The translations under genes and the position numbers were made by a program. A stretch of 64,000 nucleotides of DNA from an uncultured Cellulophaga sp. (lineage in GTDB: Bacteria > Bacteroidota > Bacteroidia > Flavobacteriales > Flavobacteriaceae). Location of the stretch: the NCBI GenBank assembly GCA_963974535.1, contig CAXBCN010000006.1:21007-85006 (forward strand), in the 5' to 3' direction. This document shows, in pieces, positions 50,191-60,929 of the stretch. Under the pieces are notes generated by a model, which saw only the letters and a list, made by a program, of their open reading frames with translations, ran no database searches and was not told the DNA's origin. Numbering within the stretch: position 1 is the first letter of the stretch; every line of letters begins with the position of its first letter.

Positions 50191-50784
50191 ATGAATTATT
50201 CTAATTTTAAGGCCTTTTTAACCTCAACCATGGAGATTGATGAAAATGAAATTTCGTCAATTATTGAGAATTGTGTGCTAAAAACAGTAAAAAAAGAGGA
50301 GTTTTTATTACGAATAAACGAAGATTGCAAGCATTCATTTTTTGTAGAAAAAGGACTCTTGAGACAATATGCTATTGATGAAAAAGGCAAAGAACACATC
50401 TTGTCATTTGCCCCTGAACGTTGGATTGTTACCGATAGAGAAAGTGTTTACTTTAATCAACCATCTGCCTATTTCATTCAAGCTTTAGAAAATAGCCAAG
50501 TCATTCTGTTAGATGAAAATTTTTTCGATTTGCTTTCAAAAATATTTCCAAAATTTACAGATTTCAACAATAGACTGCTACACAACCATATTCGCCATTT
50601 AAAAAAAAGAATTAACCTTTTGTTAAGTGCTGTCGCAGAGGATAGATATTTAGAATTCCTAAAAATGTATCCCGATATTGTGAATAGAGTTCCACAAACT
50701 ATGATTGCATCCTATCTAGGAATTACACCAGAAAGCCTTAGTCGCGTTCGCAAAGAATTGGCAATCAAAAAATTCAAAGAGTAA
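50191..50784 (+). CDS. Crp/Fnr family transcriptional regulator
   Basis: cNMP-binding-like domain and HTH IASYLGITPESLSRVR. Confidence 0.92.
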   Translation: MNYSNFKAFLTSTMEIDENEISSIIENCVLKTVKKEEFLLRINEDCKHSFFVEKGLLRQYAIDEKGKEHILSFAPERWIVTDRESVYFNQPSAYFIQALENSQVILLDENFFDLLSKIFPKFTDFNNRLLHNHIRHLKKRINLLLSAVAEDRYLEFLKMYPDIVNRVPQTMIASYLGITPESLSRVRKELAIKKFKE

Positions 50785-50865
50785 TTTCTTACCATACATC
50801 AATGCATATCATTCTTTTTCGAAGTTATTTTACACTTTAAATTATTAACCTTTAAAATAAGTAAA

Positions 50866-51375
50866 ATGAATTGGAAAATAGATAATGCTCATTCAGAAAT
50901 TGCGTTTAAAGTAAAGCACATGATGATTTCAACAGTAACGGGTCATTTCGAAAATTTTGATGCGACTATTCACGCGGATGATGAAAGTTTTAATACTGCA
51001 AGCTTTGAATTTAGCGCAAAAATAGATTCAATAAACACCAAAAATAAAGATCGAGATACGCACCTTAAATCGGATGACTTTTTTAATTCGGAAAAATTTC
51101 CAGAAATGAAATTTGTTTCGAAGTCTTTTAACGGCAAAAAACTAACGGGAGATTTATCGATAAGAGATATTACCAAAGTTGTAGAATTAGATGTGGATTT
51201 CAATGGTGTTGCAGTTGACCCTTACGGACAAACCAAGGCAGGTTTTGAAATAAACGGTGAAATAAATAGAAAGGACTTTAATTTAACTTGGAGTGCTGTT
51301 ACTGAAGCGGGAAATGTTGTTGTTTCGGATAAAGTAAAACTAGTTATCGCCGCACAATTTATAAAACAATCCTAG
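50866..51375 (+). CDS. YceI family protein
   Basis: WKIDNAHSEIAFKVKHMMIS, RDTHLKSDDFF, INRKDFNLTW. Confidence 0.95.
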   Translation: MNWKIDNAHSEIAFKVKHMMISTVTGHFENFDATIHADDESFNTASFEFSAKIDSINTKNKDRDTHLKSDDFFNSEKFPEMKFVSKSFNGKKLTGDLSIRDITKVVELDVDFNGVAVDPYGQTKAGFEINGEINRKDFNLTWSAVTEAGNVVVSDKVKLVIAAQFIKQS

Positions 51376-51462
51376 CCTGATAGGGAAAAACTTTAAGTTT
51401 GTTGTTTCGCATTAAAAGTGCAAAAAAATCACTAGAGGACTATCAAAAAATAAATCACAAAG

Positions 51463-51493
51463 AAAGCGTAAACCCAAGGGTTTGCGCTTTTTT
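51463..51493 (+). terminator. Rho-independent terminator after the YceI gene
   Basis: AAAGCGTAAACCC / GGGTTTGCGCTTT stem plus T-run. Confidence 0.8.
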
Positions 51494-51781
51494 GTTGCCT
51501 ACTGTTTGCCTGAGTTTTGGGTTTTCTTCTGTGCACGATTTTTTTAAAGAGAAACAGGTACAATCCCTGCGAATAAAAGTCATTAGCTTCATTAAAAAAT
51601 TTAAAGTACGCTGTTTTTAAGGAAATTGGTTTTTTTTCAATTCATTAGTTTTCGCGTATTTGTTTTTAATTTATCTTATCTTGTAGGTCGATACATGGAG
51701 GCCATAAATTAGCCCGAAAAAATAAACCAGACCCTTATCAAGGTTAAAAATAAATCATTGAATCCCTAAAATACTTAAAAT

Positions 51782-52462
51782 ATGAAACAGCTACTTACAG
51801 CATTTGCTTTTACAGGCCTTTTCATTTCCTGTAATTCCACGGACAAAAGTAAAACTACAAACCAAGAATCGACTTCCACAGAAATTGTTTCCGATAGTAG
51901 CGCCCTTGAGATCAATACACAATTTAAGGCTATCGCTACTGATGCTGAATTAATTGCAACCTCATTAATGGCCGCCCCTAAGGAAAGTAGATCAGGAGCT
52001 AAAGTCATTGGCTACAACAGCTCTGGTGAACTCATAACCCTAAAAGAAGGAGATAATGAATTTATTGTTCTAGCCGATGACCCTAGAAAAGATGGATTTC
52101 ATGCGGCCTGTTACCATAAAGATCTAGAACCTTTTATGGCAAGAGGAAGAGCCTTAAGGGCGGAAGGAAAAACAGCACAAGAGATTTTCGATATCCGCGA
52201 GGAAGAAATGAAACAAGGGAAACTTAAAATCGAAACCGGTTTAACCTTACACATTTATTACGGTGAAAAAACTAGGTATGATCCTGAAACTTATAAAGTT
52301 GAGGAGGCGCAACTCCGATACGTTGTCTATATGCCTTGGGCCACAGCAGCATCAACGGGTTTGCCCGAAGCACCAATGGCATCAAACCATCCGTGGATTA
52401 TGAATCCAGGAACACATAGGGCACATATTATGATTTCGCCTTTGCCAGAAACTAACCAATAA
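51782..52462 (+). CDS. Hypothetical lipoprotein
   Basis: FISC lipobox; C-terminal PWIMNPGTHRAHIMI. Confidence 0.8.
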   Translation: MKQLLTAFAFTGLFISCNSTDKSKTTNQESTSTEIVSDSSALEINTQFKAIATDAELIATSLMAAPKESRSGAKVIGYNSSGELITLKEGDNEFIVLADDPRKDGFHAACYHKDLEPFMARGRALRAEGKTAQEIFDIREEEMKQGKLKIETGLTLHIYYGEKTRYDPETYKVEEAQLRYVVYMPWATAASTGLPEAPMASNHPWIMNPGTHRAHIMISPLPETNQ

Positions 52463-52532
52463 ACTAAGATAATCCCGAAAATGATGCATTGGCTAGCATC
52501 TGCCTTCACGAACTTAAGTCTGTCAATTTTTA

Positions 52533-53216
52533 ATGTTGAAAAGAAAAACACCAACCCCAAGGCTCGAAGTCGTTTATGAAAATACCGATTATATAGTCGT
52601 TAATAAACTAGCCGGACTTATCAGTGAAAAAAGCCCTTTCGAGGATGACTCCTTGGAAGATCAAGTGTTTCTGCACATTTTAAAAAATAAAACAAAGCCC
52701 TTTGTCGGAGTGATACATCGATTAGATCGGGTGACGAGTGGTGTACTTCTTTTTGCCAAGAAAAAAAGTATTCTTGTAGCATTTAACACCTTATTTAGCA
52801 GTCGAAAAGTACAAAAGACATACTTAGCTATTGTCAAAAACAAACCTACAAAGACAAAAGAAAGTTTAGTGAATTTTTTGATAAAAAATAACTTAGAAAA
52901 AAAATCAGAGGTGGCTCAAACAAAATCAAAAGACAGCTTAGAATCAAAGCTTTCCTATAAGGTCATAGGTCAAAACAATTTTGGGTACCTCTTAGAAGTA
53001 AAACCAAAAACGGGTCGATTTCATCAAATAAGAGTGCAATTAGCTCATATAGGGTTGCCTATTGTTGGCGATAAAAAATATGGCTCAAAAGAAGAATACC
53101 TTCCCTTAGCTATTTGCCTACATGCATGGAAATTAAGCTATCAAGATTCCGTAACTTCAAAAATTATAACATTCGAAGCTCCCCTACCAAAAAATGATTT
53201 TTGGACATTTCATTAA
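52533..53216 (+). CDS. RluA family pseudouridine synthase
   Basis: HRLDRVTSG, TGRFHQIRVQL, PIVGDKKY, LHAWKL. Confidence 0.93.
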   Translation: MLKRKTPTPRLEVVYENTDYIVVNKLAGLISEKSPFEDDSLEDQVFLHILKNKTKPFVGVIHRLDRVTSGVLLFAKKKSILVAFNTLFSSRKVQKTYLAIVKNKPTKTKESLVNFLIKNNLEKKSEVAQTKSKDSLESKLSYKVIGQNNFGYLLEVKPKTGRFHQIRVQLAHIGLPIVGDKKYGSKEEYLPLAICLHAWKLSYQDSVTSKIITFEAPLPKNDFWTFH

Positions 53217-53327
53217 ATTCATCAACATCAAGATAGAAATGTACGCCTTAATCTTGTACTTTTAACACTAGTTAAGGTACGCATTCTACCATTAAATAAA
53301 TTAAAAGACCCTTGCACCCCTACATCA

Positions 53328-55523
53328 ATGAATACACTGAAGCTTGAAATAGGAGAAATTAAAGACATTCGCAAAATTCGAAGAATTGAGCAAATTTTGA
53401 GCACAAAAAAAGGAGTGCATCGGGTTTCGGTATCGGCTTCGGGGATGGTACACTTAGATTGGAGTGGTGATGACACCATTAAATCTGAGATTATTACATC
53501 GGTAAAAAAAATAGGCCTGACTATTCGCGATATAAAAGATAGTACGGGAAATGGGCATCATGAACACCACCACGAAATAGCCTCCAAATTTCAGGTTTTA
53601 GGAGAAAACACAGAGCTTTATTTTGCTATTCTTAGTGGCATATTCTGGTTGGGTGGCGTTATTTTATCTTTCGTTGATAGTATTCCCGCCTTTCCATCGA
53701 CCCTTCTGTTTATGATTGGAGCTGTTTTGGGTGGTGTTTTTACTTTTATTACCGCTGGAGAAGATGTACTTCGAGGAAAATTTGAGATCGATTTTTTGAT
53801 GCTATTTGCCGCCATAGGTGCGGCTGCCTTAGGTAAATGGGGAGAAGCCGCTTTACTACTTTTTCTATTTAGTTTAGGTCATGCCTTAGAGCATTACGCT
53901 ATGAAACGAGCAAGAAAATCTATAGCTGCACTTTCCGATTTAGCACCTCCTATGGCCTTAGTAAAACGCAATGGAGCACTGAAAGAGATTAGCATAGAAC
54001 TGCTTAGCATAGGCGATATCATTGTGGTAAAACCAAATTCTAAAATTGCCGCAGATGGTGTTGTTATTAAAGGAACAAGCCCCGTTAACCAAGCCTCCAT
54101 AACTGGCGAAAGTATACCCGTAGATAAACGCCCGAGGGAAAATTGGGAAAATGAAAACGAGATTAATAGCTTATTGCCAGAACATCGCGTTTTTGCGGGC
54201 ACCATAAATGGTAGTGGCGTATTGGAAATAAAGGTGCTGAAAGAAGCAAAAGATAGTACGCTTTCTAGACTGATTATGTTGGTAAAGGAAGCGGAAACAC
54301 AAAAATCACCTACCCAACACTTTACCGATAAGTTCGAGAAGTACTATGTCCCTATCGTTTTAGTGGTGGTTACCGTTTTAATGTTCGCTTTTCTTATGAT
54401 TAATGAAACCTTTGAACAAAGTTTTTATAGAGCTATGTCAGTTTTAATCGCAGCTTCTCCCTGCGCTTTAGCTATATCAACACCAAGTGCTGTTTTGGCG
54501 GGCATTGCACGTGCCGCTCGCCAAGGTGTTTTAATTAAAGGCGGGCGACCACTTGAAGATTTAGGCGGATTACGAGCCATTGCTTTTGATAAAACAGGAA
54601 CCTTAACCGAAGGCACACCAACCTTAACTCATGCCATTCCTTTTGGAAAAACAACAAAAGTAGAGCTCTTAAAAATCGCTGTGGCTGTTGAAGCCTTAAG
54701 TGATCACCCATTAGCAGCGGCTATAGTAGAAGGAGGTAAAAAAGAGCTGGGCAACATCCCTATTGCTAAGGCTGAAAACCTAAAAGCCTTAACGGCAAGA
54801 GGAATTCAAGCCACGTGGGAAGGTGGTTTGGTACATATTGGTAATCGAAGGCTTTTTGAAGAATTAACTGGAAAGGAAGTTCCAGAAGAGATAGACTCAA
54901 AAATGGCTGATTTAGAATCGCAAGGACACACAGCTATGATTATTCATAGAGATAAGAGCTATTTAGGTATTATTGCTGCTATGGATATAGCACGACCCGA
55001 AGCCATGGCTACGCTTACAGCATTGAAAAAAATGGGAATTAAGCGAATGGTAATGTTGACAGGGGATCATCAAAAAGTAGCAGATGCCATCGCAAAAACG
55101 ATTGGAATTACGGATCCCATGGGCAGTTTATTACCAGAAGATAAAGTAAAAGCTATTGAAAGCCTAAAACAGGAAGTGGGCAATGTCGCCATGGTCGGTG
55201 ATGGTGTTAATGATGCACCCGCCATGGCCAAAAGTACCGTAGGTATTGCTATGGGAGCTGCCGGATCGGATGTTGCCTTAGAAACAGCCGATATTGCCCT
55301 AATGGCTGACAAACTCGATAATCTTCCCTTTGCCATTGGGCTGAGCAGAAAAGCACGCCAAATCATCAAACAAAACTTAGTAATCAGTTTAGGTATGGTT
55401 GCTATTTTAGTTCCCATGACCATCATGGGCACCATTGCTATTGGCCCGGCTGTCGTTGGTCATGAAGGCTCTACACTTTTAGTGGTACTCAATGCTTTGA
55501 GATTATTGAGATATGAAATCTAA
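53328..55523 (+). CDS. Heavy-metal P1B-type ATPase (P1B-4 signatures; Co/Zn/Cd/Fe class)
   Basis: TGES, SPC in the TM helix, DKTGT, HP, GDGVNDAP, HEGST; His-rich N-terminal patch. Confidence 0.93.
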   Translation: MNTLKLEIGEIKDIRKIRRIEQILSTKKGVHRVSVSASGMVHLDWSGDDTIKSEIITSVKKIGLTIRDIKDSTGNGHHEHHHEIASKFQVLGENTELYFAILSGIFWLGGVILSFVDSIPAFPSTLLFMIGAVLGGVFTFITAGEDVLRGKFEIDFLMLFAAIGAAALGKWGEAALLLFLFSLGHALEHYAMKRARKSIAALSDLAPPMALVKRNGALKEISIELLSIGDIIVVKPNSKIAADGVVIKGTSPVNQASITGESIPVDKRPRENWENENEINSLLPEHRVFAGTINGSGVLEIKVLKEAKDSTLSRLIMLVKEAETQKSPTQHFTDKFEKYYVPIVLVVVTVLMFAFLMINETFEQSFYRAMSVLIAASPCALAISTPSAVLAGIARAARQGVLIKGGRPLEDLGGLRAIAFDKTGTLTEGTPTLTHAIPFGKTTKVELLKIAVAVEALSDHPLAAAIVEGGKKELGNIPIAKAENLKALTARGIQATWEGGLVHIGNRRLFEELTGKEVPEEIDSKMADLESQGHTAMIIHRDKSYLGIIAAMDIARPEAMATLTALKKMGIKRMVMLTGDHQKVADAIAKTIGITDPMGSLLPEDKVKAIESLKQEVGNVAMVGDGVNDAPAMAKSTVGIAMGAAGSDVALETADIALMADKLDNLPFAIGLSRKARQIIKQNLVISLGMVAILVPMTIMGTIAIGPAVVGHEGSTLLVVLNALRLLRYEI

Positions 55524-55654
55524 GACTACTGGAAAAAGTTATGATAACTACTGAAGCTATAAACAACTCAGGACCTTAATGCTACACTTGGGTCAAGTAA
55601 AAACGGTAAAGCCAACATAATGCTTGATTTTTGAACTATTCAAATCAATCAGTT

Positions 55655-56317
55655 ATGGAAGCAACCATCAGAATATTCATTTACATACACGCTTTTTTCG
55701 GCGGCTTGGGACTTATCACGGGTATAGGAAGTATCATCTGTACCAAAGGAAGTAAAGCGCACAAAAGAATGGGAAAATTGTTTTCTTTAGGCATGATCAC
55801 AAGCTCAGTAATATCCATACCTATTGCCTGCATGCCGCATCACGAAAATGTATTTCTACTCTTAATAGCACTTTTTACTATTTACTTAGTAGTTTCTGGC
55901 AATCAAATAATGACTTTTAAGTCTAAAAATAAAAAAAAGGCCACAGCAATCGATACCATAATTTCGGGAGTGATGCTTTTACTATCAGCTTTAATGATTA
56001 TATATGGCTCCTATGGCATAGTATTAGGTTATATGGGCTATTTGCTTTTTGTTTTTTTTGGTGGCTTTGGACTTTCTTTAAGCATCCGTGATTTTATCTT
56101 TTATAAAACATTTCGCAACACAAAAAAGGGATGGCTAGCCAATCATATCGGAAAAATGGTCGGTGCACTTATTGCATCTTTTACGGCCTTTATAGTAGCC
56201 GGATTGGGTCAAGATACTTTGGTAGCTTGGACACTACCCACTATACTAGGCACCATTTATATTGTGTATTGGAGAAGAAAAATGAACGCAAAAATACCCG
56301 TAAAACCCTTGTTATAA
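55655..56317 (+). CDS. DUF2306-like membrane protein
   Basis: HAFFGGLGLITG...KGSKAHKRMGK, HIGKMVGA; start moved to ATG 55655. Confidence 0.75.
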   Translation: MEATIRIFIYIHAFFGGLGLITGIGSIICTKGSKAHKRMGKLFSLGMITSSVISIPIACMPHHENVFLLLIALFTIYLVVSGNQIMTFKSKNKKKATAIDTIISGVMLLLSALMIIYGSYGIVLGYMGYLLFVFFGGFGLSLSIRDFIFYKTFRNTKKGWLANHIGKMVGALIASFTAFIVAGLGQDTLVAWTLPTILGTIYIVYWRRKMNAKIPVKPLL

Positions 56318-56512
56318 TAAGATCATTGTATTCAAAAATTATTCCTTCAAGAAAAACAAGCCTATTCCCAAACCCGTAATTCTTTAGTACCTCAACGCTT
56401 TGTTTATTTCTAAATACCGTATTTTTTATAACAATTCAAAACTTTCAGTACAGGAGTTAAAAAATAAGATGTAAGCACTAAGCACATCGTTTTACTTCAG
56501 TATTTTTGTGCT

Positions 56513-57556
56513 ATGGTTATAATTATTGGCGCCGGACTTACCGGACTCTTAACGGCATATCGCTTAAAAAAAGAAGGAATACCTTTTAAAATTATAGAAG
56601 CAAGATCAAGAATTGGTGGACGAATACACACCGTTTCTCAAACAAATGATACCGCGGTTGAGATGGGCGCAACTTGGTTCAGTGCACAACACCAAGAACT
56701 AATGCGCCTTTTAGCCGAGTTAGAACTTGATTATTTTCAACAGTTTATGGAGGGTACTGTATTTTTTCAACCCTTTTCTACTTCTCCAGCCCAAGCGATT
56801 CAGATACCTAGTCAAGCCCCAAGTTATCGTATTTCGGGCGGTAGTTTTCAGCTTATAGAGGCACTGTATCGGCAACTTAACAAAGACCATATTTTACTGA
56901 ACCAAATGGTGAAAGAAATTAAATTTCATCATGACACCGTACAAGTGATTGCCAATGAAACTTTTGAAGCGAACCAAGTAGTGTTGGCAATACCGCCCAA
57001 ATTATGGGCAAAAAAAATAGTTTTCGAACCTGCTTTACCCGACCATGTCATGCAGATTGCTGCACAGACACATACATGGATGGAAGACTCCATTAAAGTT
57101 GCATTGACCTATCCGGAACCTTTTTGGGAACAAGAAAAACTATCTGGCACCGTATTTAGCAATACAGGACCAATCACAGAACTCTATGACCATTGCAATC
57201 ACGAGCGCTCTACCTATGCACTTTGTGGTTTTATAAATTCGTCTTACAAAACCCTAAAAGCTGTAGATAGGCGTGCGGCTGTTATGAGCCAATTAAAAAC
57301 GGTTTTTGGTGCAAAAGCAACAAGGTGGATCGACTATGAAGAATGTATTTGGAGCCAAGAACAACATACCTTTGAAACTTCAGAAATACCACTATATCCG
57401 CATCAAAATAATGGAAATCCCGTATTTTCAGAATCCTATTTCAATACTAGACTACTGATTTCCAGCTCAGAAACTGCAACAGAATTTGCTGGTTATATGA
57501 ATGGCGCTGTAGCAGCCGCCCATAAAACTGCTCATAAAATAATCTTAACTAGATAA
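56513..57556 (+). CDS. Flavin monoamine oxidase family FAD-dependent oxidoreductase
   Basis: IIGAGLTGL, EARSRIGGRI, EMGATW, GYMNGA. Confidence 0.9.
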   Translation: MVIIIGAGLTGLLTAYRLKKEGIPFKIIEARSRIGGRIHTVSQTNDTAVEMGATWFSAQHQELMRLLAELELDYFQQFMEGTVFFQPFSTSPAQAIQIPSQAPSYRISGGSFQLIEALYRQLNKDHILLNQMVKEIKFHHDTVQVIANETFEANQVVLAIPPKLWAKKIVFEPALPDHVMQIAAQTHTWMEDSIKVALTYPEPFWEQEKLSGTVFSNTGPITELYDHCNHERSTYALCGFINSSYKTLKAVDRRAAVMSQLKTVFGAKATRWIDYEECIWSQEQHTFETSEIPLYPHQNNGNPVFSESYFNTRLLISSSETATEFAGYMNGAVAAAHKTAHKIILTR

Positions 57557-57594
57557 TTCAACAGCACTACAATGGCTTGAAGTGCTGTTGAATT
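57555..57594. terminator. Bidirectional terminator-like hairpin between convergent genes
   Basis: Perfect 14-bp inverted repeat AATTCAACAGCACT (57555-57568) / AGTGCTGTTGAATT (57581-57594). Confidence 0.8.
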
Positions 57595-57600
57595 GGAGTA

Positions 57601-58233
57601 TTAAAACTGTATTTCTAAAGCTCTTAGTTTTACCAGAGCTTCTGATTTTGAGTTGACATTGAGTTTCAGATAGATGTTCTGAATGTGGAAATTTACAGCA
57701 CTGGCGGTAATAAATAACTTTTTTGCAATGCTTTTATAGGTTTCACCTTGGCATAGATGGTCCACAATTTGGTTTTCCCGGTCTGAAAAATTGGTATATG
57801 ATTTTCTATGAAACATGGAAATAACCATTTTTGCAATATCACTGCTCATGGTAGCCCCTTCAAACTTTATAGCATCTAAAGCACTATGCAGCCGTTGTTT
57901 GGTGACAGGTTTGGTCAAATACCCGTTAGCCCTACTCTTAAATGCTTTTTTAACCAGCTCAAAATCGCTTTGGGTACTTAGCATTATTATTTTAACTTCT
58001 TCATCTAGTTTTCTAAAATGAGAGATGGCTTCAATTCCACCAATGTCGGGAATATCAATTTCAGAAACAATAATATCAGGTTTGACATCGTTATAAGCTA
58101 ATAAAGCGTCTTTTACACAGGTGTAAATTCCAACTAATTGATACGATAAATAGGTCTCAAAATAATAGCGATACGCTTCATGATATTGTAAATCATCGTC
58201 GAGTATCATGATTTTTAAAATATTTGATTTCAT
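57601..58233 (-). CDS. NarL/LuxR family response regulator with an atypical receiver
   Basis: ILDDD, PDIIVSEIDIP, YLTKP; LuxR HTH SDRENQI...HIQNIYLKLNV; start moved to ATG 58233. Confidence 0.9.
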   Translation of the reverse strand: MKSNILKIMILDDDLQYHEAYRYYFETYLSYQLVGIYTCVKDALLAYNDVKPDIIVSEIDIPDIGGIEAISHFRKLDEEVKIIMLSTQSDFELVKKAFKSRANGYLTKPVTKQRLHSALDAIKFEGATMSSDIAKMVISMFHRKSYTNFSDRENQIVDHLCQGETYKSIAKKLFITASAVNFHIQNIYLKLNVNSKSEALVKLRALEIQF

Positions 58234-59082
58234 ACTATGGGGGATTTTGTTCAGAAGGCTATTTTTTGCCAAAGCAATAGCCTACTAAAAGATTAGCATT
58301 TTTAATTTAATGATCCTAAAGGGCTGAAAAAAAGACACAAAAAACCTGCTTGAAAGGGGTTACTTTCAAAATTCAAGACCTTCGCTCGCTACAGACCACA
58401 TGATGACAAGATCACCGCGGATCGGTTAGGAAAAGAACAGCCTATACTAGCTTTTAATGGGCTAAACAGTTGTGCTAACTCAGCACCTTAAAGTAGTTAA
58501 CTTAGCTAAGGTTTTAATAGGAGTAGAAAATTTTTGAAAAATAATTGGAAGAAAATATGGTGCTTAGCACTAATTTTCGGTTTGGATGCGAGGTTACGTT
58601 TAATCTTCATAATTTGGGGGTTTAATGAATTTTAATTTTCGTTGAAAACACTATAGTATTTTAGTAAAAAAATAAGTTCTCTAATGATAATTATGGGATA
58701 CTTTTTAAAATTAGAGTCATTACCTTTTATTAAATGTACTTATTAATTTGATAAAATTAGAATTAAAAGTAGTCTTTTTCCTACTTTTTAATGTTTTTTC
58801 GATAAAGTGTTCTCCGTTGAACTATAAGTAATTGCTATACAGCATTTTAAATAAAAAGGGTGTAGCGTACCGTTCATCGAAAAGAAATCAAAAGTTCTTA
58901 TACATAAAGAAACCTGCCAAAATGAAAATCATTTTAGCAGGCCTCAACCTCACCTTTATCCAATTAACTACCTAAAATTTTTTGTGTTTACCAGGGACTC
59001 AAAAAATAGGGCCCTCCGTATAAAGCAATCGCGAAATATAATGGATACTTTCTCTTCGTTTTTTCGCTATACTCGTATTCAA

Positions 59083-60855
59083 TTAATCTTCATACATGTT
59101 CGCCACAGTTGCTGTTGCATTAACATTATCTACTTGCATAATCCATTTTTCATCATTGTATTTTCCATTTAAATTAGAAACATAAGCAGTTTCAGCATCT
59201 TGTTTTATATCGAAATCAGCTAAATACACATAATACAAACCGTTTTCTTTATTGTAAAATTGTTTTGCATTTAATCCCTTTTCATGAAGCTTTTTTATAA
59301 AAGCGTTTAGGTATTTCTCTGTCTTATATACGTTTGCAATAACGTAGTATCCTGATTTCACACCAATAATATCAGACTGATTTAATACCTCAATGTTTAA
59401 TTTTTTAAATCCAACAGGATTCGATGTATTCACTTTATTGGTTTGAGTAGCGGCATAACCTGATGCTCGACTGGCCTCATTCGTTTGCGGTACTGTGCTA
59501 CTGTTATTTTTTAAATCACTTCGCAATATGCGAACAATTGCCTCGAAACGTTCTTCAAATTGTTGGTTACGAATACTCTCAATGGAATCTTGTCGTAAGA
59601 TCAGCTCGTCTAAAATAAGTCTATTTTCATAGGCTAAAGTATTATCACTCTCTCCTTGCGTACTTGCCATACGACCTAAGCCTGCTCCTGATTCAATGGT
59701 TTTTCTGCTTTTTGATTGCTTACGACTTGGTTTTGAAGGCGCTATACTTTCTATACTCTCGGAACTCTTCTCTGAGTTTTCCTCATGGTCACTATTATTT
59801 TGCTCTTTTTGATTTGCGATTAATTTTAAAATTTGATCTTCATAGTTTCTAATGATGGCATCAACCTTACTATCTTGGGAGTTATCTGCCAAATCTGAAG
59901 CACTATTTTTATTGCTTTTAAAGGTGTACGCTACTGATAATTCATGATTCCAACCCAAATCTGCTACTTCATTAACAACATCTTTTTCCATCAAATACCC
60001 TAAAGACATTTTTTTATTTAAGTTAAAACCAAAACCCATAGATAAGCCATATTCGTCGTCAAAAGTACTTTGCAACCAACCGTATTTAGGTAACTCTAAA
60101 ACTACAGAACCCACATAGGTTAATTTGTTCTCTTGATTTCTACTAACCTGCACTAGAGGCGTTAATTTTCCGTTTTCAAATAAGCCTCTTCTAGGACCTA
60201 AAAGATGGGTATACTGTACCGAAGCAGTAATGCTTTTATCGGTTAAATTGGTTAAAAAAGCATTGGTAGTTTGGTTGTACTTTAATAAGTCTCTTGCATA
60301 TACACTAAAATCGAACTTCCCTACAGATAAAGTAATTCCAGGTTGAATAGCGATTTTACTTTCTTTGGTCGCCGCTGCTAATTTTGGATCCTCTTCTGTT
60401 GCCACAACCCTATTTCTATCTAAACCGTCACTAAAATATGTGATGTTTGCACCAAAAGTTAACCTGCTGCTACTTCCTAACTGCACTGATCGCGCATAAT
60501 TTGCATTAAAACCAAACTCCTGAACCACTCCTGACCATTGGCTGTAAATGCCAATTCCTAAAGCGGTATTGTTATTTATTTTATTACTGAAACCTATAAA
60601 ATAATTCTGATTGTTATCTTCAAAAGTGGTGTACTGGTTACGGTGTAAAATATTAAGATATGATTTTTCCTCGCGCACTAAAGAGAACGTAGGATTGATT
60701 AAAAATCGATTAAAAAACAATTGATTGTGATAGGTAGTTTTAGAGCTAAGGTCAGTTATCGTTTCCTGTGCGGATACAGTCACCATACCTAAAGCCATAA
60801 CTATGACGAATAAACTAGCTATTTTATATATTCTGAGGGTCGTTAAATAGTTCAT
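59083..60855 (-). CDS. PorP/SprF family T9SS membrane protein with a C-terminal extension
   Basis: FNRFLINPTFS, LHRNQY, barrel ending HELSVAYTF, then low-complexity/coiled linker and SPOR-like GYYVIANVY...YYVYL. Confidence 0.8.
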   Translation of the reverse strand: MNYLTTLRIYKIASLFVIVMALGMVTVSAQETITDLSSKTTYHNQLFFNRFLINPTFSLVREEKSYLNILHRNQYTTFEDNNQNYFIGFSNKINNNTALGIGIYSQWSGVVQEFGFNANYARSVQLGSSSRLTFGANITYFSDGLDRNRVVATEEDPKLAAATKESKIAIQPGITLSVGKFDFSVYARDLLKYNQTTNAFLTNLTDKSITASVQYTHLLGPRRGLFENGKLTPLVQVSRNQENKLTYVGSVVLELPKYGWLQSTFDDEYGLSMGFGFNLNKKMSLGYLMEKDVVNEVADLGWNHELSVAYTFKSNKNSASDLADNSQDSKVDAIIRNYEDQILKLIANQKEQNNSDHEENSEKSSESIESIAPSKPSRKQSKSRKTIESGAGLGRMASTQGESDNTLAYENRLILDELILRQDSIESIRNQQFEERFEAIVRILRSDLKNNSSTVPQTNEASRASGYAATQTNKVNTSNPVGFKKLNIEVLNQSDIIGVKSGYYVIANVYKTEKYLNAFIKKLHEKGLNAKQFYNKENGLYYVYLADFDIKQDAETAYVSNLNGKYNDEKWIMQVDNVNATATVANMYED

Positions 60856-60929
60856 AATTGAAAAGATTAAGATTGTTCTACTACTGCATGTTCAGATACT
60901 CATACGGGTATCAGCGGAGATCAAAAAAG

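Noticed and set aside
1161-57815. Many short ORF-track entries overlapping longer genes (e.g. 19372-20079, 40617-41006, 47431-47805, 55070-55435)
   Set aside because: Antisense or alternative-frame shadows of well-supported genes, with no motifs or initiation signals.
58275-59080. Long non-coding region with a GC-richer patch near 58380-58440 and ORF 58984-59172
   Set aside because: No tRNA or riboswitch signature I could recognise; the ORF is mostly antisense to the PorP 3' end.
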